From Entomortierella parvispora E1425 (Eukaryota; Fungi; Mortierellomycota), in the NCBI GenBank assembly GCA_020891255.1, contig BQFW01000009.1:1426001-1490000 (forward strand): a stretch of DNA of 64,000 nucleotides. Reading direction: 5' to 3'. Under the pieces are notes generated by a model, which did no database searches, was not told the origin of the DNA, and saw only the letters and a list, made by a program, of their open reading frames with translations. The position numbers and the translations under genes were made by a program. Shown here one piece after another: positions 44,259-57,957 of this stretch; positions within the stretch are counted from its first letter, which is position 1; every line of letters starts with the position of its first letter.

Positions 44259-47200
44259 ATGTCTGACAAGATGGAGCTCGAGGAGTTCAACTACAACGAC
44301 GAGCTGAAGGGTCAGTCCTCTGCCACGGCTGACACCGCTCTCGCCCAGGCCAGCGCCGCCGTCAACCCCGCAGCTGCCGCCCATTCGGAGCAAAAGACCG
44401 AGAGCGTGACCAACTCTGCCACAACTGCTGTGGTCGATGCTGACAGCAACAGCAGCAAGGAGATCAAGAAGACCTCTCGCTGGGGCAGGAAGCCCAAGAC
44501 CCCTGCTGCCGACGATGCTGCAGCTCCTGAGGCGCCCAAGGAGGCGGTGAGCTACTTGACCTTATACCGGTTTGCCACCACAACTGACAAGTTTTACATT
44601 GCGTACGTATGAGCATCTGTTTTTTGCTCTTCGATCGATTATCCTGAAGATCTTTGCTCACCTTTTCTGCTTTATTCTCTCTATAGCATCGCTATTGTTG
44701 CCTCGCTGATTTCCGGTGTTGGTCAGCCCTTGGTCGCCTTGTTGATGAGTAACATCATCAACGCTCTCGCCATTCTGCCCGACGACCAAAAGTTCGACAA
44801 GGTCAAACATGAGGTTGTTCTATTCGTGGCGATTGGCGCTGGTATCTTTGCGGCCTCTTACTTGCAAATGTGCTTTTGGACCCTGTCTGCCGAGAACCAG
44901 GTCAAGCGAATCCGCGAAGAATACCTCCATGCGATCTTGCGTCAGGATATTGGCTGGCACGATACCGGCAAACAGGCCGAGTCCTTGACTACACGTTTGA
45001 ACTCTGACACCCAATTGATCTACGACGGTATGGCTGACAAGGTCGGTCTGGCCTTGTCGAGCTTCACAACCTTTATCGCCGGTTTTGTCATTGGTTTTAC
45101 CAAGGGCTGGAAGCTGAGTTTGGTCTTGCTTGCCTGTGTGCCTTTGATTGGAGCATGTGCCGCCATGATGTCAAAGTTCACTGTCGCTAGTGCCTCCAAG
45201 GGTCAGGATTCATACTCCAAGGCCGGATCAGTTGCTGAGCAGGCCTTCTCTTCTATCCGCACAGTTGTCGCCTTCAGTGGTCAGAATCGCGAGACGAACG
45301 CCTACATTGCACAGTTGGATGCTGCTTTCCAGACTGGAAAGAAACGCGCCATTGCCACGGGCATCGGCCTTGGTACTTTTATGTTGATCCTCTTCTGTAC
45401 CTACGCCTTGGCCTTCTGGTTCGGATCCCGTGAAGTCTATGCTCGACGTATGGAGCCAGGCACCGTTATTGCCGTATTCATGGGCATGATTGTCGGTGCC
45501 TTTGCACTTGGAAACATTGGTCCCAACGTCTCCTCCTTCGCCAGTGCTCAGGGTGCTGCTTACAGCATCTTCAAGACGATCGATCGTGTTCCTACCATCG
45601 ATTCTGCCAGCCCTGCTGGAGCCAAGCCTGAGAATGTTCAGGGTCATATCGTTGTCACGGACGTTGACTTTGCCTACCCCTCCCGCCCCGATGTCCAGAT
45701 TTTGAAAAAGATGAATGTTGAAGTCAAGCCCGGTCAGACTGTTGCCTTGGTCGGTCACTCTGGAAGTGGAAAGTCCACGATTGTCGGGTTGGTTGAGCGT
45801 TTTTACGACCCTATCTGTAAGGATGAACTAGCGCGTCGTGAGAGGTTTGAATATTTACATTGATTTCAAGGGCATTTTTTCTAATTTTTTTTCTCTCTTG
45901 GTCTCTAGCTGGATCTATCACCTTGGATGGCATTGAAATCAAGGACTGGAACGTTACCCACCTTCGCGACAATATTGGAATCGTTTCTCAGGAGCCTGTG
46001 CTTTTCAACGCCACCATTCGTCAAAACATTGCCTACGGTATCCGCAAGGGTCAATCCCAGCCAACTGACAAGGAGATCGAGAATGCTTGCAAGCTCTCGA
46101 ATGCCCACGATTTTATCTCCAAACTGCCCGAGAAGTACAACACCATGGTCGGAGAGAAGGGTGCCTTGTTGTCTGGAGGTCAGAAGCAGCGCATTGCTAT
46201 CGCCCGTGCGTTGATCAAGAACCCAAAGATCTTGTTGTTGGATGAGGCCACCTCAGCTCTTGACACGGAGTCGGAGCGCATTGTGCAGGCTGCTTTGGAC
46301 AACGCCGCCACTGGACGTTCGACCATTGTTGTTGCTCATCGCCTTTCGACCATTATGAACGCGGATGTTATTTATGTCATGGACAAGGGTATCGTTGTCG
46401 AGTCTGGAACCCACGAGACCTTGTTGGCCCTCGGTGGCACTTACGCTGACTTTGTTCAAAAGCAGCAGCTGAAGACTGGAGGTGTTGATATCGAGAGGGA
46501 GGAAGTTGAGGTTGTCGACTCTCCAGTTGCTCCCCGTATTGCCATTGCCGAGGATGCTTTGCCTCAGATTGGAACCGCCGATCGTCGTAAGAGTTTTGCT
46601 CTTTCTACCAAACTTCGCCGCATGTCTTCCCACCGTTCGACTCGGTCTGAGAAGTCACTTCAGGCTGTGGATTCTACTATTGCCATTCCAGAGACTCCAG
46701 AGGAGATCGAGGCCCGCAAGAAGAAGGAGAAAGCTGCCTTCATCAAGACTCAGAAGGCCCCCATCATGCGAGTTCTCAGGTCGATGCGTCCTGAATGGCC
46801 CATCATTGCTATTGGGGCTATCCTGAGCGGTGTTGCCGGTGTTATTTTCCCCCTGTTTGCCAAGTTCTTTGGAGGCATTTTGACCACCTTGACCCAGTAC
46901 GAGACCGATCCCGATTTTGTCAAGCATACCAACCACGACTCGCTTATGTTTGTGGTCATTGGTATTGCGTCCTTTGTCAGTACCGGTGGCTCTGTCTTGA
47001 TTTTCGAGTATGTTGGAGAAGCTATGGCCCGCCGCATGAGAACCGCCAGTTTTAAGGTATGTCCTGTGGGTTTCTGCATTTGTTCAAGTGTCATTGTCAC
47101 ATAACTCATCTCTTTTCTGCTTCCCAAACGTAGGCCATCATGAGTCAGGAAATGGGATTCTTTGATCACGAACAAAACAGCACAGGAGCTCTTTCCTCTC

Positions 47201-48680
47201 GCTTGGCTACGGATGCGTACCAGATGCACGAGCTCGTTTCCCAGATCATGAAATTGGTTTTCCAGACGATTGCCACTGTTGTCCTCGGTTTGACTCTTGC
47301 TTTCTTGCAGAGTTGGCGTCTCACCCTTGTCATCTTGGCTATGATTCCTCTCTTGGGAGCCTCCCAATACTTTGCTATGGGTACCCTGGCCGGATTTAGT
47401 GCCAAAACCAAGAAGGCCTATGAGAACTCTGGTCGTGTCGCCAACGAGGCCATTATGAACATTCGTACCGTGGTTCAATTGGCCAAGGAGTCGGATTTCG
47501 AGGATCGCTACTTCGGTGTCACCAGGGAGCCCCATCGTTTTGCTTTGCGTCGCGCCTATGTCGGATCAATCGGCTATGCACTCTCTCAGGGTGTGATGTT
47601 CTGGGCTTACGCTGTTGGTTTCTATGCCGGTGGTCGTCTGGTGGAGGCCAATCTGATGGTTTGGACCGATCTCTTCCAAACCATGTTTTACGTTATTTTT
47701 ATGGCCATGGGTCTCGGTCAGGTTGCTGCTCAAGCGTAAGTGCCTTTTTCTTTTTTCTCTTGCCTCTCTTTGCCTTACCGAAACATTTATTCACCCTTTG
47801 ACTTTGTACTATTTCCTTTAGGCCTCGTTATGTCAAAGGAAAGGAATCTGCAATCAACGTGTTTGAGCTTTTGGACAAGCACACCACGATCGATGCCTCC
47901 AAGGATGGAATCAGCCCTATCCATGTGGATGGTTTCTTGGGCTTGGAAAATGTTCAGTTCAAGTACCCAACTCGTCCCGATCAGCAAATCTTTAAGGATG
48001 TCAGTGTGTCTGTCAAGCCTGGTCAAACTGTAGCCCTCGTTGGACCCTCTGGATGTGGTAAATCGACTATCATTGCTCTGTTGGAACGTTGGTACGATGT
48101 CTTGGGTGGGAAGGCCACGATCGACAAATACGACGTTCGTGATTTGCAGTTGGACAACATCCGTCACCACATGGCCTTGGTCGGACAGGAGCCCGTTCTC
48201 TTTGATATCTCGATCGGTGAGAACATCCTCTATGGTATTCCTGACGGTCAGACTGTGGACCAAGAGCAGGTCGTTGCTGCTGCCAGAGCTTCCAACATTC
48301 ATGACTTTGTGACGTCCTTGCCTCAGGGTTATGACACTCGTGTCGGTGACAAAGGTTCCCAGTTGTCTGGTGGTCAGAAGCAGCGTATTGCCATTGCCCG
48401 TGCCTTGATCCGTGATCCCAAGATCTTGTTGTTGGATGAGGCCACTTCCGCCTTGGATTCAGAATCTGAGAAGCTGGTTCAGGAAGCCTTGGATAGGGCA
48501 CGTCATGGACGCACCACGATCGTGATTGCTCATCGTCTGAGAACTATCCAGGATGCAGATCTCATCTTGGTTGTCAAAGATGGTGAGATCATCGAGTCTG
48601 GTAAACATTACGATCTTATCTCTCGCGGAGGATTGTATTCTGAGCTCTGCACCCGACAGAACCTCGAAGTGGCGCACTAG
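44259..48680 (+). CDS. ABCB full-size multidrug transporter (MDR1/P-glycoprotein-like)
   Basis: Two TMD-NBD halves. GHSGSGKST and GPSGCGKST Walker [16 protein letters not shown] twice, [12 protein letters not shown]. Short GT-AG introns. Confidence 0.95.
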
Positions 48681-48907
48681 AAAAAAACAAAAAGCAACCC
48701 AACAGAAAGGTCCTCCTCATATGTTCACACACCACTCTTTTACAAGTCAATTGCTGTTCCCATCTATACCATATAAATTACATGCTTTGTTTTTGCCGAT
48801 AATATATATTTTTTGTGTCCATCCTTCATTCTTGATCTGGCAATTTGAAAGCGACAGACACTGGGCCTTGAAGAGCGAGGTTTCTATCGATATTTTGCGT
48901 GAGAACA

Positions 48908-51069
48908 CTAATGATCGTCTTTTGTTTTCAACCAACGTCGTAGGTCCAGGTCCCATCGCTTTTGTATGAGCCGTTGCCAATGAGGTTGTGCCCTAACGTG
49001 CCGTAACTGATTCTGATCCTTGACCGCAATCTCGATGGTTTGTAACAGAGGCCAGTGCTCAACCATGAATACAACCTCTGGTTGACCCATCCTCGACCAG
49101 AGATCGCCTCTGGTGAGTGACAGGGTCCGTAATTTCGACAGCCCAGAGAGGTACTGGAGGCATCCTCTAGACGTCTGCAATATGGGTGTTTGTGGTGACC
49201 AGGATGAAGTTCTAACAGTCAGGTCCCAAAACCTGTACGCGTTCAGGGGGCTCGAGGGATCCTGGTTTTGTTCACGCTTGTTTGGTCCCCCTACAATCGT
49301 ATACCCCATCGCCAATTCTTCCAACTGGGTGCATTGTCCAACAAGAGTATAAAAAGATTCCGCAAGGCTGTCGGATAGAACACCCGGTTCCCTTCCTATG
49401 GTGAGTATCAGAACCCGGAGTGCAGCCGCACAGGGCCAAGGTAGTGACTTTTGACACAGAACATCCATCGACAGATAACCCTTCGGACCACAGTCGACAG
49501 AGAAGATCGAGAGCCGAGGCGAGCACCTGTAGGACAGGAGATGTTCCAGTTCTGCACTTTTGGCAGGAGCGGCCAAATGATCGACAATGACTTCCTCCAG
49601 AGCATCCCAATAGCCGTCCAAAAGTAGCCGGAGGGATCCATAGACGCCTCCATGATTTCGGAGATGGAAGCTCACAATCCTTGGACCTCCAATGTCTCCC
49701 TTGATGCTTTGACCGTCATTAAACTGGATTGTGCCTCTCTGTGCCATCGTGGGTGTCTTCATTGCTTCAAGAAACCGAGAACCTGAACGAGGGACCTCGA
49801 GGAAAGGATTGGATATCAGGAGATACATCCATAATCAGTTGTCGTAGTCTCGGACAAAACAGTTGCACCAAGGACTCCAGACTCGGTCGTATCATCGTGA
49901 GCATATCCAGCGAGACTTCTAGTCGCTCCAAAGCCGAGCCGTAGTTTTGAAGGACAGGGGCCCAAAAGATCCGACTTGGCGCGGCCACACGGCTCAAGTT
50001 CAAATATTTAAGACGAGGAGGGAACAGGGGAGGGGCAGTAAATGCCCCATTCCATTCTTCCAAAGGAAAGTTGATCCTGCATCGGTAGTCGAGGCTTTCC
50101 AGAGTCCGGATGGTGAGCAAAGCACAGACCAAGTCCCTGGCCATTTTGGCGACCCAATGGGGATAACTCTCTTTTGGGAAATCTTGAATGACAACGACCT
50201 TGAGCTGTTCCAGTCCTGTTGCCATCGTCGTAATACAATCTTGGGCCAGCCGTACGTACTCTTGCTGTTTTACCAACAGCTGACTCTCCAGTATTTCATT
50301 CTGCCGCTCCTCTTCTTCACTGATGCCAATATCATCTACCGCAATGGCGAGACGGAGGCCCTCAAAGGTGAGCTTATCAGGAAGTACAAAAAGTGCCACC
50401 GGCAACCGAAGCTCTGTCAGGAACAAACGACAGCAAGAGTGGCTCAGGAGTCTCAACACAGAAGGGACTGCAAGACTGTGGGGGTGGAGCCGGGTAGAGC
50501 TTGCGTTTAAAATCCGCTTCCTCTTCTCGAATATAGCCATAGTTGAGGCAGAGTCGTTGCAGTCTTGTCAGACTCTGGCTGTTGAGGGAGGATCGCCATT
50601 GTTTGATTGCTTTTCCTTTGCCAACATGAGTCCCTTCTTCTCCCTCTAAGTGGTCGTCATTTCTCTTTAACTGTGGTTCATCCTCCAGATTCAAAGTCAG
50701 GATATCAAGAAGAATGCCAGAGTGGCAAGTGGCCTCGACCGACCGGACAGATCCCAGGTTGGCTTGCCACCGTGTCTCCATTCCAAGAGCGTACTCCTTT
50801 GCAGCTTGGATGCTTGCATCGCTGTACGTCAGTTCTGGCAGTTCATCGTGTCTGGGGCCTGTCGAATGGGTCAGGGACCATATATCTCGATGGATTTTGG
50901 AGTCGTGTCGAACAATCAGATCGCGGTAGAGATATGGGCCAAAGTGGTCTTGAAAGAGCCTGCAGGTTAAAAGACACTGAAGTATGTCAGGGCCGGTGAG
51001 ATAAAAGACAATCTGCTCTACCAACTCTGGAAGTTCGAAAATGGATCTCATTAATGGTTGCGATTGCAT
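48908..51069 (-). pseudogene. F-box/LRR paralog split by two frameshifts (pseudogene or indel errors)
   Basis: Three consecutive ORFs (50377-51102, 49767-50540, 48908-49828) together align with the intact neighbour. Frame changes near G5 50480-84 and near 49790-49825. Confidence 0.65.
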
Positions 51070-51495
51070 GATGGAGAAATGGATGGATGCATCAAGGGAC
51101 AAAAAAAAAAAAAAAAAAAAAGAAAAAAAAAGTCCATGGTTCAGGGGTCACTCGCGTCTGGCATGTCTCTCAAAATCTGGCTTGCATCGCAAGAACGTGT
51201 TTTTTGTTCGGCAAAAGATAGAGATATTCCATCTGTAGTTCCGAAGTACCCTCTGGCAAAGTAATAGCCCTTTGCCTCAAAGACCACCTTCTTGCAAAGA
51301 CTTTTGAGTTTCGATTGATCAGACTGCGGTGTAAAAAAGGCTCGAGATGGTGTTGGAGAAAACGGTTACAAGTAAACATTGAGCAATGTCGTGAAAGATG
51401 GACATGGAAGATGGAAGTTCAAAAAGAAAAAAGAAGAAAGGGAGTCCGCGCATCGATGCCTGAAATCAATTTATTTCCCTCTACACACACACCCT

Positions 51496-53604
51496 TCACG
51501 TGGACTGTGCACTGTATAGGACAAGATCCAGGCCTAATCGCCTCTGCAACAACCACTGCCATTGTGGACGACCCCTGTAAAGCTGCAATGAGAGCGCGTT
51601 GGTGGCAATCTCTATGGTTTGCAGCTTGGGCCAATGCTCGGCCATGAACTCGACCTCACGCTGCCCCATTCTTGACCAGAGGTCACTTCGAGTCAGGGAG
51701 AGGACGCGAAGTTTCGACAGACCGGCAAGGTGATGCAGGGACCCAGTCTCACTTTCGACTGGAGGTGGAGCCATCCTTCGAAAGCGCGATCCAAACAACC
51801 CAATCGTCCTGGGCTGGACTAAAAGCGGCGCTGGCGCCGGCAAGGAGGGCGATGACGCTTGAGTGGGCGCCAAAGGCGGAAGAAGCAGATCCTTGAACTG
51901 GCGCGTGTTCAAACTTTCCGTGATCACACGGCATCGTCCAGGATTGCTGAGGATACCATAATAGTCGCGTAGAATTTCATAGACAGCGTATCCAATCGCC
52001 AACTCCTCCAACTGTCGACATTGCCCGATTGTTCGATAAAAGCTGTTCACGGTCCCCGACGTGTTGAGGTCATCCAGGTCGACAGTTGCTCTGCCGACTG
52101 TCAGCTTCAAGACCCGCAGTGTGTCTGAGCACGGCCAGGAGGGGACGGTCTCTTTGAACAGCGTCTCCATTCGTAAATAACCACCACTGTCTCGATCACA
52201 GTCGACAGAGAAGGTCGAGAGATGAGGACAATGGACCGTCAGACATTCTTCCAGTTTTGTGAGGGTGGGAGGGGAGAGTAAACGATCGACCATCACTTCC
52301 TCCAGCAGTTTGAAATCCAACAGACGCAACAAACCGCGGAGGCCCGTCGTGGGTTGTAAATCATTAACTTCGGGGAGGCGTAGAGTTGTCAGTGCTTTTG
52401 AAGGGCTCTGGCCGCCACTGGCCATGGTCATCGTTGCATCCTTCGGAGGAGCTTTGAAATACGTGGAGTAGGCCCAAGCCTTGTCTTGAAGATGCAAGGA
52501 AAAAATACCATGATCCTCTGGCAGAGATATGTCCAGGGACAGGCACCAAAGTTTGCGACAAAACCCCAGGCTCGAGACACTCTGCCCAGAGCCTAGCCCT
52601 CTATGGCCAAGGCTCGTGATCGTACAGCAAAGTCGTTCAAGGACCGCACCATGGCTTCGAAGGACCAGATTGAAGACTGTCTCCGAGGTCCAACCAGAAA
52701 GATAGAGAGACAGCCGCTTGAGTCGGCTCTCCACAGGGAAGATCCATCCTTCCATCAGTCGCTCCAGAGCTGCCTGGTCTTCTGCATCCCAGTCCAATTT
52801 GACGGGAAAATCCAACGTTTCAAGGGTCCGGACCGTTGACAACAGGTTGTTGACAAAGATCAGCCCAGCCCTTGCCTCGTCTTTCTGGAGGACGCCGCTC
52901 CCGTAGAAGGTGAGGGTCTTGAGTCGCTCAGTCTCGATAAGTGACAGGAATTTCCGCCATGGGAGTTGATGACCCACGCCCGAGAAATCAAGAAGCGCGG
53001 CAGGTAGGCAGAGGACCGTCAGATAGGGACGGCAACCATGATAGCGCAAGAGCCGGGGGATAAGGAGTTCCACCTTGACAAGATCGCACGGATAGAGGCG
53101 GTTGAGTCCCAATCGTGGACCCGATTGGTCAACAAAATCAAGGTGCAGTTGGAAAGGTCGATCTGGACGTTGAATATCAGTGGCAGTGCAGGAGGACGAC
53201 GTCGAGGAGGACAGGCTGGTTTTGGCCTTGACCTCTCCCTCGTGCACCGAGAGAAGGAGCTCAAAGACAGAGAGAATGAGGCTGCGGACGTCTTCCGATC
53301 GGATGTGAACAAGGTTCAATAAACGCCTGGCTTCCATCGAATTTGTGTCGACCCGAAGGTTGGCGTGGACCCCTGGAGTTTCTACTGGTGTCGCACCAGT
53401 CCATTGTTTGGCGGACCATATGTTCGGGAGGTCTTTTGTGGCGAGCGGGGCGGTCAGTCCGCCGTAAAGAAAAGACCAGAAAAGAGCTTGGAAGAAGCGA
53501 GAGACGAGGATACATTGCGCAATGTCATGAGGGGAGAGGTAGCGCGCAATGTTCCAGGCTAGCTCTGGAATGTCAAAGATGCGAATGGAGCGGGATGGCT
53601 GCAT
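51496..53604 (-). CDS. F-box/LRR protein
   Basis: IFDIPELAWNIARYLSPHDIAQCILVSRFF, WPCSDTLRVLKL, LWSRMGQREVEFMAEHWPKL. Start MQPSRS at 53604. Confidence 0.85.
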   Translation of the reverse strand: MQPSRSIRIFDIPELAWNIARYLSPHDIAQCILVSRFFQALFWSFLYGGLTAPLATKDLPNIWSAKQWTGATPVETPGVHANLRVDTNSMEARRLLNLVHIRSEDVRSLILSVFELLLSVHEGEVKAKTSLSSSTSSSCTATDIQRPDRPFQLHLDFVDQSGPRLGLNRLYPCDLVKVELLIPRLLRYHGCRPYLTVLCLPAALLDFSGVGHQLPWRKFLSLIETERLKTLTFYGSGVLQKDEARAGLIFVNNLLSTVRTLETLDFPVKLDWDAEDQAALERLMEGWIFPVESRLKRLSLYLSGWTSETVFNLVLRSHGAVLERLCCTITSLGHRGLGSGQSVSSLGFCRKLWCLSLDISLPEDHGIFSLHLQDKAWAYSTYFKAPPKDATMTMASGGQSPSKALTTLRLPEVNDLQPTTGLRGLLRLLDFKLLEEVMVDRLLSPPTLTKLEECLTVHCPHLSTFSVDCDRDSGGYLRMETLFKETVPSWPCSDTLRVLKLTVGRATVDLDDLNTSGTVNSFYRTIGQCRQLEELAIGYAVYEILRDYYGILSNPGRCRVITESLNTRQFKDLLLPPLAPTQASSPSLPAPAPLLVQPRTIGLFGSRFRRMAPPPVESETGSLHHLAGLSKLRVLSLTRSDLWSRMGQREVEFMAEHWPKLQTIEIATNALSLQLYRGRPQWQWLLQRRLGLDLVLYSAQST

Positions 53605-54094
53605 GAGAAAGACGAAGATGGATGGACGACAGAATGGCAAAAGCGAAGCAATATGAAAATAATAAAAAAAGGGGAAAGAGCGGCGCGTAGCGCGATGGAG
53701 GATCACAAGGATCGATTTTTTAGCGTGTTTGAAGGTGTGTCTTTGACTTCGCCCTACTGTTGTCCTGCATTTTGACTACGGTCGTGTAGCTCTCGGAGAT
53801 AGAGACGACGGTGCGAAGAGGAGCGACTTTGCCAATCCCACAAGCCATTATCTTGCTTTCACGACCTCAACTGCTGCGCCTCTATTTCAGAAGCTAAAAA
53901 GATCGTTCACTTTCTGTGCAGTCAATGGCAGGGCAGGAGGGGTTCCCCCTTTTTATTTGTTGCTGGTCAGCACCAAAGGATTCGGAGCCGTAGTATTAGG
54001 AGGAGAGGTATTAGAAAAAAGTAAAGGTAATGGTGGAAAGGGAGAATGGTGGAAAGGGAGAATGGTGACTAGAGATATCCCGAAGGAGACCTTC

Positions 54095-56461
54095 TTACTC
54101 CACCAGCTCGAACTGTACTGCCCAAAAGACGGTTTCACCATCAAGCGTCCTGCAGATGTACCGGACAGGCTGGCCTCCGAGGTATTTTTTCACATTCAAG
54201 CTGAGCCCCAATCTGATATCAAAGGTGTTGAAATCCATGTGGGGCGAAAAGAACTCGAATCCATGGACCAGGTCCGGCTTGAACTTGAAATCTTTCCTGT
54301 TCTGTTCACTCTGGAAGTATTTCCGGCGCTGGGATGTCGAAAGAGAGGGCGCGTCCGGCAAGAAGAACGTCGTGTCCTCTTCCAAATATTGACGCCATGG
54401 ACCCAATGTCTCCTTGTCATCAAACTCTGAGGTGGCAGTCTTCATGGCTTCGAGGGAAGGCCCCGTCTTGGTCGTTGGCGAGGATGAAAGAGAGCCCGGC
54501 TGTGGTGTTGTGGGTGAAGTCTGAAGTCCTCCCGGTGAAGAGCCCTGACGCTTGCTGTGGTTACTGCCATTGGAGCCGTTGCTCGATCCTGAAGACTCCA
54601 GTTGATCCGACGATGTGTTGGCAGAGGTTGCATAGCTGTCCATGCCACTGGTAGAGTTGCTGCTCGCGCTCATCACCGACGACCGGTTGCGCTTCAGTTT
54701 TCCCAAAAATCCCCAGGCGCTCGAAACACCGCTCTCAGTCAACGAAAAGGCCCTTGAGAGGTCCATAGACATGGGCCGAGAAGCTGCAGCCGCTTGGTGT
54801 CTTGGGGTAGGCACCGGTAGGATGTCCCGAGGATGCCAAGCCGACATGCTGTTAATAGAAGAGACGATGGGACTGAGAACCCAGGGCTTGGGCTCTTTGA
54901 TAAGCTGTGCTCGCACGACTGGGTCGATATACCGGCAGATCTTGAGCATCATCTCGAATCCATCTGGAAGATCCACGGGGCGATCGAAATCCGTGCCAAA
55001 GTAGACCTCTGATCCATCCCACTCCTTCTTGAATTGTCCCTCAACCTGTATCAAGAGACATGGACGTCAGTCATGATGTCAACTCGCTCACGAAAGCTTC
55101 ACTCTCTTACTTCTTGAATGCCGACATGTACACTTTACCTGCAGCGAGAATCGGCGGTGGTGGCCCTTGAAGTAGTCGGAATTGTAAGTTGGCTCTGAAC
55201 CGTCGTTGGTGATGCCGACTGGGAAATGAGATTTTGTCCAAGTGATCCATAAGAGAGGGTCAAGTTAAAATAGAATAAGAGTTGGTTAGTGCGGGTGTCT
55301 GCTGTTCATCGTAATATGAAAAAAAAGTGTATGTGGATGTGTGTGAGTGTTTGTGTATGTTGTTGAGAGCAGCAGTGGGTTGGCAAGGGCCGCTTCGGTG
55401 AGGTCTTTTTTGTTCTGTTGGTGACAAAGAAAAGCCGGTAGTCTCGCCTCTGGAGAAACGTATTGCCAGACAAGCATTGCGCCCTCCATCCCGCTCCTCT
55501 CCCCCTGTCTGTTCTGTCCCTGTGGACTTGTCCTCTTCCACCCTGTCGCATCTGCTTTGTGATACGCTGTCACTCTGGTTGCAGACACACAAAGGTGTAC
55601 GAATGAGCCGCAATTATGTTTTTTTATCCCCTTTAGGCTTTTCTTGTTGCTGTCATCGCTCGGTGCTCAGGCTGGCCGGATGCAGTCTCCCGGCGTGCAA
55701 CCCACAAACCAAGGGGATTAAACTGTGCGCATGCCAGTGAGGAGTGGATCATGTGGTATCCAATTTCCAAGAAGAGGAAAGACCGACGCTAACGCTGCTT
55801 GTGCGGATAAACGACAAAGCGGTGGCAGACAGCAGGGAGAAGATCAAGTACATCGAGCACTGGCTGTTGCCAAGCACAGCTAGACAGGCTAGGCGTTCCC
55901 GTTCAGGTTTGCAGGAGAAGCAGAAAAGAAAAAAAAGAAAAAAGATCCACCACTGACCCAGAATGCCACTAGTCCAAATGGCTCCGTAATGTCGACTGTG
56001 TGGAGAGAGAGAGAAAAGAAAGGGAAACGTGGATGATGCTGCCCTGAAGAGCCAGGGACAGATAACAAGAATGTCTCTCCCAGCCAACCCCAACCTAACC
56101 ACCCCCCTTTCTCCCTCTCCTCTCGATCTCTTCTTGGCGTCCGCGTCCGTTCCTGTCCCTGTCCCTCTCTTTCTTTTTTTTTTTTAACTCCAATAGCTCC
56201 GTGGAGAACAAACGAGATTTTGTTCGTTCGTCGTTGTTTTCGTGAATGTGTTTCTCGGTCCATCTTTGGAGGAACTCACACCGCACTGACTACAGCAGCG
56301 TCGCAGGTACCAAAAGGGAACTTACCAAAGTCCTTGATACGCACCATGGCACGACCCTTGAAGTTAGGGGCATCAAACTCGATGGGATGCAACTCGTCGT
56401 TGCAGTTGACAATGGCCAGATCTGTGTACGATCCGCCGACGGTGACGCGAAGTTTGACCAT
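54095..56461 (-). CDS. DUF1769-domain protein
   Basis: MVKLRVTVGGS..FKGRAMVRIKDF | YFKGHHRRFSLQ | VEGQFK..VYFGTDFDRP..PWVLSP..RRKYF..FEFFSPHMDFN..QPVRY. Exons 56461-56326, 55219-55140, ~55048-54095. Confidence 0.75.
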
Positions 56462-57957
56462 CTCAGACACGAGGGAACTTTTCGTTGTTTGCGATCAATA
56501 GGACTTGAATAGGGTCAAGAAGCTGGCTGTGCTTCTTTGGGTATGAAGGTAAAAAGGGATGAAGTCAAGGACGAGATGAAATGCCGAGATGAATGAGTGA
56601 AGAGAGAACAAGAAGGAATGGAGGAATGCGAGACAGGGGAAGAGGCCAAGCAAAAATAATTAAGGTACAGCACAGGGTTATCTTGAGGGTATGGATTGGG
56701 GAGGAGATAGATACAAAGAGAGGAAGAGAGAAAGAGAGAGAGAGAAGAGAGAAAAGGAAAGGAAAGGAAGGAAGGAAGAGAGGGGTCCTTTTATGAAGAG
56801 AGGAGGATGAATAATCGTCAGCCAAAGGGAAGAGAAGGGAAGGGCAAGTGGAGAAGGAAACAGCGGAGAAGGACCGACAGAGATGAGGCATGGATGAAGG
56901 GAGAAGAGCCCTGTTTCTTTTGTTTTTGGCTGACAGACCGCACCGCAGCTCTGCTGCTGTTGTTTGTTGCCATGGCACAGACACACGGATGGGAGGAGCA
57001 TGGCATCCATGCGCAGTCGATCCTCTCTCGTTCTCTTTCTTTCTCTCTCTTTTTCTCTCTGCTGGATACGGCACCCATTTTGCCAGGCTGTTGTCATGAT
57101 GGCTGCCTTGGCTTTGGCTTTGTGCTTGTTCATCCCGCTCTTTTCTCCGTCCTTCTCTCTCTTTCGCTCTCCTTCGCTCTCTTTCTCTGTCCTGCTGCTT
57201 TGCTGACCGAGAAAGAGCCTCTGCCAGCTGCCATCCAAAGACTTCCCCTCAATTGGCCTTCCTATCAATACGACTTTTTTGTACATGTACCCTATTTACC
57301 CTATGATCCTATTTCGTCTCCAGTAAGCGCGTTTCTGTCCACTCGAGCCCATTCTCCGTTGGCACGTTGTGGGCATCCAACCAAAGAAGGGGTGTGCACG
57401 CGCCGTCCAAGAATTGCCTCGGATTGTCTTCATCCACCATGGCTGACCAAGGGCTGGACGCTGATTTGTAGACTCTGGGACCGCAGAGGAACCACGTTCT
57501 TCGGATCGTTTTTTTTTGTATCTCCAAACACAAAGTCGTCTTTCCTCCCTCTCTCCCTCTCCTTCTAATTCCACATTCATTCATCCTCCACACTCGATCC
57601 ATTCCCCCAATGCACGCGTGGCTTTCTTCATCCATAGTCTCATCACCCCCTTCTTCCCTCCCACAGGTCAGGCGCAAGCTGCAGTAGTGACCAGGCTCCC
57701 AATCGTGTAAATACACATCATTGACACCACAGCTCTCCCCTTCCCTGCACCATGATCTCCTGCAAGCAGCAGAACGAAGAGAGGCACTTGCCAATCTCGG
57801 GATTTATTCCTCCAACCACGGGGCCAGAACCACATCTAGAGGATGTCCTGCCCCAACGACACCCCCTGTCTTTTTGTTTAAAGCCGACATCGGTATATTC
57901 ATATGGATCGATTGAACTTTCATGTATTTACGACTATTCTAAATGACTTTTTATCTT

